Source: Octopus vulgaris (Eukaryota). Taken from it: 64,000 nt of DNA. Where the stretch lies: the NCBI GenBank assembly GCA_951406725.2, contig OX597832.1, positions 806,001 to 870,000 of the forward strand, in the 5' to 3' direction. This document shows positions 38,204 to 52,308 of this stretch, piece after piece. A program made the translations under genes and the position numbers. Under the pieces are notes generated by a model. It did no database searches. It saw only the letters and a list, made by a program, of their open reading frames with translations, and was not told the origin of the DNA. The first letter of the stretch is position 1, and every line of letters begins with the position of its first letter.

Positions 38204-39952
38204 CTAGCAACAGAATACTTATGCAGTTGACCAACTTGCCTGTTGACATCAGAGGAATTGTTTTAATTTCCGTGCAAAAATAGAAAGAGAAAATTCTAAA
38301 ACAATACTGTGAAATCATATAAGCCTTGGATCTTTAACTTTGATCAGGGTTCACTGTTGTTGTGGTTTGACACTATGCTAACTTGGTCCTCATTGTACAG
38401 GGTGCCCATAACGTCTGGATACATAGGAAATATTGTTTTTGTTTTTTAATGATCTGCAGATTGAATATGTGAATCTCACATAGCACATCAAACTGCATCA
38501 CTAATAGTAGAAACTATGTTGGAAATGTTATTCATTAATGTAGTTGAATAAAATTATTGAAAATATGCATTTTGGTATATGTACCCAAAACTGTCCAGTT
38601 ACAAATCTCAAATTTCTTTCTCCCACAAAGATGAATACGTTTATAATGCCTTGTACTGAATAAAACAATGTGAAATAAGCTCTCACAACTTTCTTCTCTC
38701 TCAAAAGATGCATATGCCTTGTCACACTTAAGATCTTTCAATAGCATTAAATAAGATCTCTTAACTTCATTCTCTCTTATAGACATGAATATGTCTTCTA
38801 ATGCTCTGTCATTCTTAACAGACAGTATTTTACATAAGGACCAGTGTCAATGACCTTCTCTTCAACTCAAAAGAAATAAGGTTTTCCTACTGTACCATCA
38901 CCACCAGCTTCAATGTAACAACTATAGCTACATCAAATTATAAAATACAGTTATTGCTTGTCGTATCCCCTTCTCTTTCTCTCTCCCTCCCTCCACCACC
39001 CTCCTCCCTTTCTCTCCCACTCTCTTTCTCTCGTTTAAGAAAGAACATTCAATCTTTTGCTCTGTAAGTCTATCAAGCTGTTGTGTTTGACAATCATTCT
39101 TTGTAAGAAGGAAAAAGAATAAATTGTTAAGTAATACTAAAATGATTCTTCTCGACCATCCCACTCACAGCCTTAAATGAATTTCTTCATTTTTCACAAA
39201 CAACAAGTATTTCAGCATTCAGAAAGGGTTATTTTTCTTTATTCATCTATGTTTATATATAAGTGTCATTAAACAAGTTTTCTTGTTAACTTTAATTTAT
39301 ATTTTGCTATGACCTTGTCTCTTTTTATTTCTGCAGATCACACACACAACAGAAATAGGATTTAGTCAGTAGACAAAGACCTTCAAATCTGTCACTGTAG
39401 AATTTCTTTCAAAGGCAGGAAAAAATATAATAAAGAATAGAAATGACTTGTTATAGAAAACAATACAAACTACTGAGGTTTGAGTTGAAGTATTTTATTA
39501 TACCCTTATATGTACTTTATCAAAAGAAAAACACAGTTCCACACCAATTATCAAGTATTAGAAAGTACCTTCTCAAGCTGTTATTTCAGTTAATTTTGGT
39601 TAAGTTGCTGAGTAAAATATTAGAATGAATTATGAAGTTAATATGAAACATAGAATAAGAGGACCCTGTTTATGGTCTGAGTCATAATAGTTATATATTG
39701 TATAACTATTGTGATTTTCTATCACAATAGTAATAGAATAATAACATACAAACGAATGATGAAATATGTCAATAGTAATAAAAGGTAACATAAAACTAGA
39801 GAGTGACAGTGTCAATAGTCCATCACTATTGTATTTCTGTGTCAATAGTTATACAACAGAAGCATAAAAAATAGTGATCCATTGTGACAAAAGTAAAAAA
39901 TACTGATATATAAGTTAGTTATGCTCTTTATAAATATATATACCATAGTAAA

Positions 39953-40130
39953 GATGGTGAGCTAGTAGAATCATTAGCATTGTGGGCAATTTCGTCCATT
40001 TTATGTTATGAGTTCAAATTCCACCAAGATCAACTTTGCCTTTCATCCTTTTGGGTTTGAGCACTGGGGTCAACGTATTCGACTCACTCTCTCCCACAAA
40101 ATTGCTGACCTTGAACCAATATCTGAAAGT
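39953..40130 (+). mobile_element. Degraded tRNA-derived SINE
   Basis: gagctagtagaatcattag...gagttcaaattcc...ctttgcctttcatcc; same family as 46625-46752 (minus). Confidence 0.6.
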
Positions 40131-40189
40131 AGTGATGGACTGTGTCAATAGTAATACCTTGCTATTGACTGTGTCACTGGTAATAGAAC

Positions 40190-40540
40190 ATCATCAACAT
40201 CATTTAACATCCGCTTTCCATGCTGGTACCGGTTAGACGGTTTGACTGGAACTGGTTAGCCAGAGAGCTGTTACAGGTTCCACTCTGATTTGGCATGATT
40301 TCTATGTCTGGATGCTTTTCCCAGCACCAACCACTCCAAGAGCGTAATAGGTGCTTCTTACATACTACCAGCATGGGTACCATTTACATGATACTGGCAA
40401 CAACCACGACTATAATTTCACAGGTGTCATTTACATGACTGGCAATGGCCACAACTTAGCTGGATGAGTTTTCTCAAGCATATCACCAAAGCTCTTGGTC
40501 ACTTGTCATCTCTGTGAGGCCCAACATTCGAAGAAAATGC
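40190..40540 (-). mobile_element. SINE or LINE 3' fragment with (GAT)n tail
   Basis: catcatttaacatccgctttccatgct mirrors agcatggagaacggacgttaaacgatgatg at 54529-54575. Confidence 0.5.
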
Positions 40541-42519
40541 CACCAAAAATAGTATGGATAGGCTACATAGTAATGCCATACTACAGACTGTATGTGTCAA
40601 TAGGAATAAATACTAACATAAAAATTAGTGAACTGTGACAATACTAATAAATAGGTGGCAAAAAATAGTAATGGACAAATGTACACAAACTAGTAATGGG
40701 CTGAGTAAGCAGTGATATAACAGTGATGAAAAACAATTGGTAGACTGTTTTAATAGTAATAGTAACAGTAGCTAGCCATGGATTTTGTCGATAGTAATAG
40801 AATAAGTGACATAAAATCTAGGGATAAGATTGTGCCATTAGTAATGGAATAGTGATGATAGATGGTGTCCACAGTAATACAATACTAACATAAAAATTTG
40901 TAACAGACTGTGACAATATTAATACAATATTAATATAAAAACTATTGACATACAGTGTCAATAGTGATAAAATAATGAAATCAAAAACTGGTAATGGACT
41001 GTGTCAATAATGATTCAACAGTTATATTAAAATAGTGCTGAACTTTGTCAATAGTAACACAAACAGTAATATAAAAACTAGTGATGATTTGTGTTAACTG
41101 TGAAACTGAAGTGACCTGTGTCAGTGAGTCATCTAGGTTACTTGGATGAGAGATCAAGGTAAAAGCAATGATAGTTGTTATAGATGGCATTTTTTATTGT
41201 GAAGAAAACTTATTAAAATTTGTCAGAGAAAAATATCTATTCATAATTTTTCTTAAAGAGAAATTTAGATGGAGATTCATCATTCATCATTTTATATCAC
41301 TCTTGCCTTACTACTGAAAAAGTCCCTCATCAGTTTCTATGTTACTTTTGTATTAATATTGACACAGTCCATCACTAGTGTTTACATCATTATTTTGTTA
41401 CTGTTATCACAGTCTATCACTATTGTATTTCTGGATTACTATTAATGCATTTTCTCACTAACTTTTGATATCACTATTGTATTAATATTTACATAGTCCA
41501 CCAAAGTTTTTCTTTTATTATTTATTGTAATAGCTGGCCCATGCCATCAAAAATTATGGCCAGTTGTAGTATTTTATATATAAATATGGATGGTAAATCA
41601 AATTAATACACTTGTCAATGTTATCTAGTGGTTGTCTTTTGAGATGTGACATTGGTCATCATTTGTTACTGAAAGAACACTGGTTCGCACATACAAGCAT
41701 TCACATACTTCCCTTGTACACACACACACACACACACACATACACACATATACTCACACAGAGTTAAAATGCTGTTTGATTTTTCTTTTCAACGTTGAAT
41801 GTTCACCATCCCACTTCCATTGCACACAAACACACATACACACATTCATGTACCTCTCTTTTACATACATAAACGGTGATGATGATGATGACACATATAC
41901 TTACACAGAGTTGAAACGCTCCCACTACCAGTTTGCCATTACCCCTTCCTTCTTTAGTCATCTATCACCCATTCCTTTCTCATTCATATGATGTGATGGA
42001 GAAAAACACAAGAGTATTATTATAGTAGATTATTATAGAGTGAGTTTCTCTAATTTTCTTTTTATATCAATATTGTAGTACTGTTAACACATGAGTAATC
42101 CTGTGATGGACCAGTATCCCACCCAGGAGTGGGTGAATTTCTATGCCAAAGAATCTAAGAACCAGCTTTCTGAACCTATGGTTTGGGAAGGATCTTTGAG
42201 CTTTTTTTTTTAACTTATGAATATTATGATGAAATTTTTTAAAGTAGATCATTCATGTCCAACATGTTATTGTAGCAAATTGAGACATTGTTTTTTGAAA
42301 ATTTTCAAAATGTCTGACACTCCAACTGGGATGTCAATATGCAAAAAACAATTACACATAGACATCATAGTTGGGTTTCTCATTCCAATAGTAAAAGAAA
42401 ATCAAAATCAAGTAAACAGGTGTCCCTAAGGGTGGAAAAGCTGGAAATTTTGGCAAAACTTACTGAGCCCCAAAGCAGCAGGGTTTCTCTTCACAGTTAA
42501 TAATGATGATAGTAATAAT

Positions 42520-45200
42520 AATTTTTTCTTTATCAGTCACAAGGGCCACAAACAAACAAAACCCAAATGGATGATACAACACAAAGGACTGGGAGGTTAC
42601 ATGTAGTAACTGTAAGCAGAAAAAAAAACAATAACAATTAAAAAATAAAATATTAAGCAATAAAATTCTCAAAAGCAGTAACACACCACCCAAGGGCAAC
42701 CAAAGAAACACCACACATCCTAGATGCTCCAATCTCCAAGAGCACCTCAGTCAGGTTCCCCTCTCCCTTCCACTCCCTCCAGCCTACAGGCATATGCTCA
42801 AAGTAAGACCCTGTAGAACTCCAAAGCAGAACTTCCATTGACCACATTGCCTGACTGGCAGAGGGCTACAAGTACTTGGCAACATTATAGGTGCTAAATG
42901 CCCAGTCAAGATCTATGCATGATCCAGGGCTGCAGCTCTGTCAATGAGACAGGCTGCAGAAACCCCTGCTGACTGTCAAGGAATCAATGGAGATGTTTCA
43001 GCCTTAGTGCATGCCAGCACATCATTAGCCACAGTATGCCTAGCCCTCCATGCAACAACTGCTGACAGCAAATGGACAATCTAAGTGGGACACATCCCTT
43101 CCACAGAAGGCAGATGAGTAAGCACTTCAGCTTGATCAGCAACAAAGTAGGGCAAAAGATGGTGGCCAAGTGCTAGTAAATGATGGAGGCAATGCATGCA
43201 TTTGCCACTTCTGCCTGACCTTTCAAAGTGAGGCTGGCCGCCCTACTCATCACCTCAACCCCAGTTCTTGTCCGCCTGGGGGTCGAAACAAAACCAGACC
43301 CCAGGCAATTTAACCAGTCCTTCCGTCCAACGCCCAACAACATTGTTTGGTGGCATTGACTTTCCTCTCCAGCTGAGCTGCAGACCCACTAACTTCTGGT
43401 TAATCTTTGCTCTTGTCATTGCTTCATACTCCCTTAGGGTAGTGCCAATCTCCTTGATTTCTGAGATATCCAACACTGTTATAGTGAATCTTCCACATCC
43501 TAGTTCGTAAAGGATGTCCATAGAAACAGCTTCCAGCACATAGATAAGGGGTGACAGTGGCAACCCTTGATGGTCCAAACATGCAACGCTAAACAATTCC
43601 GATAGATGGCCATTTAGATGTTGCAGTACATTGCAGCGATCCAACCTTTGAAAACGTGACTGAAGCCAGCAACCAAGAGGACGGCCCGGTAAGTACTGAT
43701 GGTCGACCCTATCAAAAAGTTTCAATTCATCAAAAACTTGATCATAACCCCACCCACGCCAATTTCCTTACCTACCATCCCTATGATATAACACATGAAG
43801 TGGAGATTGTAATGAAATAGATCTGTTTGGGATAACACATATCTGCACGTCACTGATCGGTCCACTAAAGACAAATACCAACCTCTTGACTAACACCTTG
43901 GCCAAAATCTTATAATATTTTCGGCTGTTGTCAACATTTCACAGAACTCAACGTCCCTGGTTGAAAGCCGTGGAACGCTGTCGAGGTAGCAGGTGAAATC
44001 CACTCCGTTTCCAACCTACGGTGCACCCCGTACAGTTCAGAAAAGCTTCGTCGAAATTCTGCACGCATCTGCTCAAATTTGACTAGCAAGTTCCGTCAAA
44101 GACAGAAGTATAGTTTCGTTGCCATGTTGTACCCTATCAGTCAACCTCACACAATCCAAACGTGCATCTAAAACAGCGTTCCAGTCAACTACTAACATTA
44201 ATGAATGAGAAGTTCCCAGGAACATATTCAAATGCCTTGAGAAATCTGGCCGCCCTGCTTGTCTTTCAGACAGAGGCAAGGTGGCCAGATTACACTAGTC
44301 AGGGTCCAGGAAGATCGACTTTATTCCGAGAGCCATTCCTTTCCAAGACACCACCACCATTCTGAGTCCCAACCCAGGCCGACTAGATCGTCAAAAATGG
44401 GCGCGAAATGACGTATGGTTGAAATCCTGGTTTCTTAGTCCCTTCGTGTTTTAGTGCACGGGTCTAAACACTTATAGACTTTAATTGAGTAACAGATCCA
44501 CATATGTGGGTGCCATATGGGAGGCCTATTAGGTCAGGTAGCTCGTCGATATAGGTTTGCTTACATTGTAAGGTCAGTTCTGCACCTATACCTGACCGGT
44601 TTTGTTTAAGTATTTTCTTTACCTGCAAGATAGTTACCTTGTCTTCCTCTATACCTGCCAAGACGGTCGCGCACAAAACATTTTTGGATTTGGCTCTCAG
44701 ATGTATTTTGCACCCGACGTGATTCTACTCCAGTGCAGCGGTATGTAACCGTGCATCGCAAGATGCTTTCGATCACGTCGAGTGGATGGTTTAGGGCTAT
44801 TCATCTCCCATTTCTTTTTACAATTCTTCTGGCCAATTTCAATTCTTCTTCGTCTGTAGAGAAATCTTCCAGATTTCTTGTAGCATTCGAAAAAGAAATC
44901 CCCTTTCCAGCATACCTTGCAACTTTAGCGACTGCAGTGGTGGCGGTGACGATGGTAATGATCACGTTTCTTTCAAAATTTCCTGTTTATCTTTCCTTCT
45001 CTCGGTTTCACTTCTTTATTATTGTCGTCATCGATGAAAATGTATTAGCCTCGGTTGTTGTTTTCACTTGACATCATTTACTGTGGTCAATGCTACGCCA
45101 GTATTCTTTTTTCCTTTTTCTCCAAGGAACACGTCCCGTCGTCGAACATTATAATTACTTTCTTATCAGCCATGTTTCAATACATATGGAAAATAGCAAA
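42520..45200 (-). mobile_element. L1/Tx1-like LINE, heavily degraded
   Basis: APE remnant LVVDWNAVLDARLD; RT FDRVDHQYL and QGLPLSPLIY; HGGLGI; ORF1-like part above 44460. Confidence 0.7.
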
Positions 45201-45364
45201 ATATTTGCAAAAGGGGATGTTTCTAAACAAAAATACTATCCCCCCCCCCCCCAGTCCGGATGATGTCAGGAACAAAGTGGTGGCAATAAAAATGAAAGAA
45301 CGGGACTTTAGAAGGCTGAAAATTTACGGAGCTTCAAATTACCGTGTCTTTCCAGAATGGCGAC

Positions 45365-45389
45365 AATAATAATAATAATAGTAATAATA

Positions 45390-45424
<35 letters not shown>

Positions 45425-45449
45425 TAATAATAATAATAATAATAATAAT
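45365..45449. repeat. (TAA)n microsatellite
   Basis: Direct reading. Confidence 0.95.
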
Positions 45450-45453
45450 ATGG

Positions 45454-46534
45454 ATGTTAAAACTTGTCTCAAAACACGAAAACAAGAAAGCATCATACTC
45501 AGTCACAAAACAGGCAAAGGAATATCCAAGTGAATTCCGAATACAACCAATTTCGGAATTAGAGATAGATATACAAGAAACAAGCACAGAAAAAGCTAGA
45601 CGCATGAAGACCCGTGCCAAAACTGCGGCCTTAGATATTCTGAATAATAAATGGCAAGAAAAACCTCTCTATGGCAAATACCCAAAGAGAGCGAACAATG
45701 CAGATATCGACAAAGCCCTGACCCATCAATGGCTAATGGCCTCTGGCTTAAAATCTGAAACAGAGGGGTTTATCATAGCAGCTCAAGATCAATGCCTACC
45801 AACAAGAAACTACCAGGCCAACATGTTAAAGATCAGAAGCAGTCCAACGTGTCGTGTATGCAAGCAACAAAATGAAACCATTGACCATGTGGTCTCCAAG
45901 TGCAGTCTTCTAGCGCCTACAGAGTATCTCAACAGGCTTGATAGAGCTGCACAATATATTCACTGGGTAATCTGTAAAAACCTGGATTTGCCCCATGAAA
46001 AAAACTGGTGGGAACACAAACCACCTCCAGTGCTTGAAAATGACCACATCTCACTCCTCTGGAACTTCACCATTCAAACTGACAGGAAGATAGATGCAAA
46101 TAGGCCAGACATCATATTGAAAGACTTCAAACAAAGAACATGCCTCCTCATTGATATGACTGTCCCAATCGATATAAACGTATCTGTCAAGACCTACCAA
46201 AAACTGAGCAAATATAAAGATCTTGAAATAGAAATCAGCAAAATGTGGAACCTGAAGACTAAAACAATACCTGTTGTCATAGGTGCCCTGGGAATGATAG
46301 CAAATGGGGCTGATAGCTACCTAACTCAGATACCAGGAAACCCAAAAATGGCAGAAGTTCAAAAGATAGTGCTTTTTTTTTTTTTAGACATTCATTAGTA
46401 CAACATCCCCACCCCCCAAATATATGGCACACTAGGCATAACAACAACATGAACTTCCAACCCTGTTGTCTCTTGAGGTCTCTGGGTGAGACTTGGAGCC
46501 AACTTGTACAAATATAAAGCAAAAGTCAAACATA

Positions 46535-46535
<1 letters not shown>
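45454..46535 (+). mobile_element. R4/Dong-like RLE non-LTR retrotransposon, 5'-truncated, in (TAA)n
   Basis: ETEGFIIAAQDQ; CRVC..ETIDHVVSKC knuckle; RPDII..LIDMTVP..KLSKY RLE motif; TAA repeats on both sides. Confidence 0.92.
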
Positions 46536-46610
<75 letters not shown>

Positions 46611-46624
46611 TATAATAATAATGA

Positions 46625-46752
46625 TAATCCTTTCTACTAAAGGCGTGAAATTTTGTGGAAAGGGACAAGTCGATTACATCACTGGTACTTAATTTATCAA
46701 CACCGAAGGCTGAAAGGCAAAGTTGACCTCGGCGGAATATGAAGTCAGAACA
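46625..46752 (-). mobile_element. SINE fragment
   Basis: ctggtacttaatttatc...gaaaggcaaagttgacctcggcggaat; related to 39953-40130. Confidence 0.6.
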
Positions 46753-46759
46753 TTTACAA

Positions 46760-48137
46760 CAAGCATGGGAAGACATCACAATAGCAGACCTAAGAAAGGC
46801 ACTCACGAAGGCCCATAATTGGAAATCCCCAGGTAAAGATAGGGTGCCGAATTTCTGACTCGCATCGCTCCCATGCGCACACGGTAAGCTAGTTCAGCTG
46901 CTCAATGGAATTATGAGAGACCCAAAGAAAACACCTGAATGGTTAGCAAGTGGTATTACTTACCTACTCCCAAAGAATAACGAAACCAACCTTCCAAAAA
47001 ACTATCTCACAACATGAAAACAAGAAAGCATTATACTCAGTAACAAAACAGGCAAAAGAATATCTAAGTGAATTCGGAATACAACAAATTTCGGAATTAG
47101 ACATACAAGAAACAAGCGCAGAAAAAGCTAAGCGCATGAAAACCCGTGCTAAAATTGCTGTCTTAGATATTCTGATCGATAACTGGCAAGAAAAACCTCT
47201 CAATAGCAAATACCCAAAGAGAGCGAATAATGCCGATGTTGACAAAGCCCTGACCCACCAATGGCTAATGGCCTCTGGCTTAAAATCTGAAACAGAAGGG
47301 TTAATCATAGCAGCTCATGATCAATGCCTACCTACAAGGAACTACCGGGCCAACATATTAAAGAACGGCAGTAGCCCAACATGTCGCGTATGTCGACAAC
47401 AAAATGAAACCATTGATCATGTTGTCTCCAAGTGCAGTCTTCTTGCGCCTACAGAGTATCTCAACAGGCTTGATAGAGCTGCACAATATATTCACTGGGT
47501 AAGTTGCAAAAGCCTGGACTTGCCCAATGATAAAAACTGGTGGGAACACAAACCACCTCCAGTGCTTGAAAATGATCACATTTCACTCCTCTGGAACTTC
47601 ACCATTCAAATGACTGAAAGATAGATGCAAATAGGCCAGACATCATACTGAAAGACTTCAGACAAAAATCATGCCTCCTCATTGATATGACTGTCCCAAT
47701 CGATATAACCGTATCTGTCAAGACCTACCAAAAACTGAGCAAATATAAAGATCTTGAAATCGAAATCAGCAAAATGTGGAACCTGAAGACTAAAACAATA
47801 CCTGCTGTCATAGGTGCCCTGGGAATGATAGCAAATGGAGATGACTGCTACCTAACTCAGATACCAGGAAACCCCGAAATGGCAGAAATTCAAAAGATAG
47901 TGCTCATGGGAACTGCTCATATCCTACACAAAATACTTTCTATGTAATCTCAAGTTTTAAAACAAACATAATTTTCTTATGGTTTCTTAAACATTCACTA
48001 GTACAACACTTAGTACAAAGCCAAATATATGGCACCCTAGGCATAACACCAACATGAACTTCCAACTTGTTGTCTCTTGAGGTCTCTGGGTGAGACTTGG
48101 AGCCAACTTGAACAAATGTAAAGCAAAAGTCAAATAT
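46760..48137 (+). mobile_element. Second R4/Dong-like copy with the RT core deleted
   Basis: WKSPGKD...PEWLASGITYLLPK joined directly to the C-terminal CCHC/RLE region; ends at (CAA)n(TAA)n. Confidence 0.9.
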
Positions 48138-48231
<94 letters not shown>

Positions 48232-48289
48232 TAATAATAATAATAATCTTATCCTCATAGGCCACAAAATGCCGAACACAAAAATATAT

Positions 48290-49480
48290 AGGGGCAACAC
48301 AAAACAAGAAACAAGTGGGGTTTAAAACAGAAAACGTGTAAACAATAAAAACAAAAATAATAAAAAAAATTAAACAACAAAATTCCCCAACGGAGGGAGT
48401 TCCACCCAGGGCTAACCAGGGAACACCACACATCTTGGTCACCTCGGCTGCCAAGGGCACTCCAGGTAGGCACCCCTCTTCCCTTCAAACGCTCAGGCTG
48501 ACAGAAAAATATTCAAAGTAGGCCCTTTCACACGAGCCGTTTTCGTAACATTCACCCACCTTTCAACAAACTTACTGGGGAGCAGTACTTCCCTCTCTAC
48601 CCTCACTTTCTTTTTCAAGTGGAACTTGAAAAAGTCGATGAAGGCTTGGCCGAAGAAGAAAATGTCTGTCTCCAGTCCTTTCAACCTCGTCCACCACATT
48701 ACCTCTTTTACTATAGCCACCAGGCAGAGGAAAACTGCCATTCCCTCTCGGACAAAAGAAGGCGGCGGGGCGATCCTCACAATAAATTCGGCTGATAACC
48801 GGATCCGTCCTACACGTAATAACTGCTGTTCGACAAAGCTCCAAAGGTCAGTAATGCACGGACACTGGACGAGTGCATGCAGGATGGTTTCATCGCCCTG
48901 TGCACATCTCGGACAGGTCATCACTCTTTCTCTCCACGAATCCTCTAGAGAACTCCATAGTGGAACTTCCCCCGACCACGTTGCCCGACTGACAGAAGGC
49001 CGTGAGCGCTTGCCGACACTCCGGGTGTCAAGTGTCCTTTCTTGGTCTGCGCATGACCCAGGATTGTAGTTCCATCAATAAGACAAGCTGCAGAAAGTTT
49101 CATTTGACGAACGGCAACCATACCTGCTCACCGTTAAGGAAACGCTGGAGATGTCGCATCCTCATCACATGTCTGCGCATGATTAACCACGACATGCCCA
49201 GTCCTCCACACAGCAGCTGTTGACGAGCGGAACACATCCCATCCATAGAAAGTGGAAGAGCAGGTGCTCCAAATTTATCAACTACGAAGTGCGGCAAGGG
49301 ACGACGGTCAGGCGGTAGTAGATAACGGAAGTGGTGTACGCATTCACCACCTCCGCCCGACCCTTCAGGGACAGCTTCCTCTCTGCCCATTTCTGGATGA
49401 GACTTGGCTACCCTGCTCGGCACCTCCTCCCATTTCTTGTCCACCTGGAGGTCTTGTCCAAACCAGACCCCGAGCAAAGT
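48290..49480 (-). mobile_element. L1/Tx1-like LINE 3' fragment
   Basis: LGVWFGQDLQVDKKW; CGGLGM; CPRC..ETILHALVQC zinc finger; related to 42520-45200. Confidence 0.8.
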
Positions 49481-49719
49481 GGCGTCTGGAACCTGGCGTC
49501 ACTACATATCTATATTTGCAGCTGCAATAACGCTTATATTTACAATTCTTACCTTACTCTCATCCCAAGTAGAGGCAACAATTTTAACATGTTTGAATGA
49601 TGATAGGTTAAAAGCGAGAACAACCGTCATGCCATGTCTGTTATCAAACGATGACGGAAACCTTTTCAGGTGCTGAATATCAACTCTCCTTTCCATGTTT
49701 CCTCCCACATCCCTTTCCC

Positions 49720-51110
49720 AGTTTTCAGTGTAGCACTTTAAATGCAGGCACATTGAAATGTAAGTCTAACGAAATTGTAGAGATGCTTGAACGGAGGCGT
49801 GTTGATGCATGTTGCATCCAAGACGTAAGGTGAAGAGGAGCTTCAGCGAGGTTCCTCAAACGTAAGACACATAGGTATAAAATCTTCTGGGAAGGTAACA
49901 GTGACGGAGTATGTGTTGTGGGCATACTTCTTGCAGAGAAATTGGTAGATAAGGCCATAGAGGTAGTCAGAGAGTATGATAGAGTACATAAGTTCAGGCT
50001 AGACTTGCAGCTACAATTATATCTGCCTACACCCCACAAGCGGGCCTACTAAATGAACAGAATGATCACGTTGATGATATTCTTCTGCAGGCTACCTCAA
50101 AGACGAGGGACAATGATCTCATCTTCGTGGCTGGGGATTTCAATGGGCGTGTCGGACGGTAGCCTGGTATCTTCCATGGTGTTCATGGAGGCAATGGAAT
50201 TGGTTCCCGAAACGAAGAGGGAAAAAGGATCCTGGAGTTCTGTGATGCAAATAACCTTTTCGTCTGCAACATCAACTTCAGGAAGCTAGCCAGCCACCTG
50301 ATAACCTATCAATCAGGTGATTCTGCTAGCCAGATCGGTCTCGTTGTCACTAAATAGCAGAATACATGGTTGCTCTTAAATACAAAGACTCTCCATGGTG
50401 AAGAAGGTACCCCCTAGCAAAGACTAGTCATTAGTGACTTTGGACTTGAGACCAGAAGGATGCCAAGAAGCAGATCAATCTGGAAAAGAAGGATTTGGAA
50501 GCTTCATGTGGACAGAGATTTAGGGACAACCTCATTAAGAAATTTGATGAGGGGGAGGAGGAGCTACAGACTTGTGACATAGAGGGCAACTGGGGGTTCC
50601 TGCGAGACAGCTTACTGAGTGCCACAGACTAAATCTGTGGTTGGTGCAGAGTCCCTTCCAGACCTAGGGTAACGTGATGATGAAACAATACTGTAGACAG
50701 GGCCATTAGAGCAAAGAAACAGGCCTAGAAGACTTGGAAGAGTGGGGATAGCAGGGAACTGTATCAGATGGCCAGAAGGGAAGCTGGGAAACAGGTATAT
50801 CTAGCCAAGAGAGAAGCAGAAAAGAAGAGGTTTGCCTATGTTCAGCGTCATGAAGACCAAAGAACTGAAGTATTTCGGATTGCAAGACAAGTGTGTGAGA
50901 GAAAATTGTGTTGTCATAGGAGAAGAATGTGGCTGTATAGATGATGGTTGCCTTGCGTCTAATGGTTCTTCAAAGAAAGAGGCTAGGAGATGCCAATTTG
51001 AAAGACTACTGAATGTGGAGAATGAATGAGGAGGAGAGTCTGCCAAATTTTGAACCAATTAAGAGACCAGTTACCTGAATCGACAGTACCCTGGTAGATA
51101 AAGCAATTAA
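49720..51110 (+). mobile_element. RTE-type LINE endonuclease region, degraded
   Basis: TLNAGTL...VDACCIQDVR; IFVAGDFNGRVG; RNEEGKRILEFC; many stops. Confidence 0.75.
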
Positions 51111-51237
51111 GGATATAAAAGATATGATTTATAAAAACATGTAACATACTAATAAATATCTGTAAATATAAAATCATCCAGATTTCTGAGTACCTCATTT
51201 CTTCTAATATATATATGTATATATATATCTACATATA

Positions 51238-52057
<820 letters not shown>

Positions 52058-52218
52058 ATATATATATTCAGTAAAAGCAATTAAGATTCAAGTGAGTTCT
52101 GTTGAATTCACATGAATGCGGTACTTAACTTAGATGCATCAGAAATCTATATGGTATTAACCATAAGATAATGCGGGGTGATTATAAACAAGAAAAAAGC
52201 AACAAAAATGGATCAATA

Positions 52219-52308
52219 TTTCGGTACAATTGTTTCGTACGAAGACCAGCTTTATTAAGGCTGCAAATATTGCAGTGAATATAAGTGACCCGTACTCATC
52301 AGCCGAAA
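52219..52308 (-). ncRNA. Type I hammerhead ribozyme (inverted pLTR copy)
   Basis: Mirror image of 55239-55328. Confidence 0.85.

Larger units (their letters stand above)
39700..41520. repeat. Degenerate minisatellite of roughly 40 bp (ggactgtgtcaatagtaat) in both orientations
   Basis: Motif recurs at 39.8-41.1 kb; reverse complement (attgacacagtccatcactag) at about 41360-41500. Confidence 0.65.

Noticed and set aside
38397-38930. TACAGGGTG Tc1/mariner-like end and 83-aa ORF 38535..38786
   Set aside because: No partner TIR, no recognisable DDE motif, and weak splice signals.
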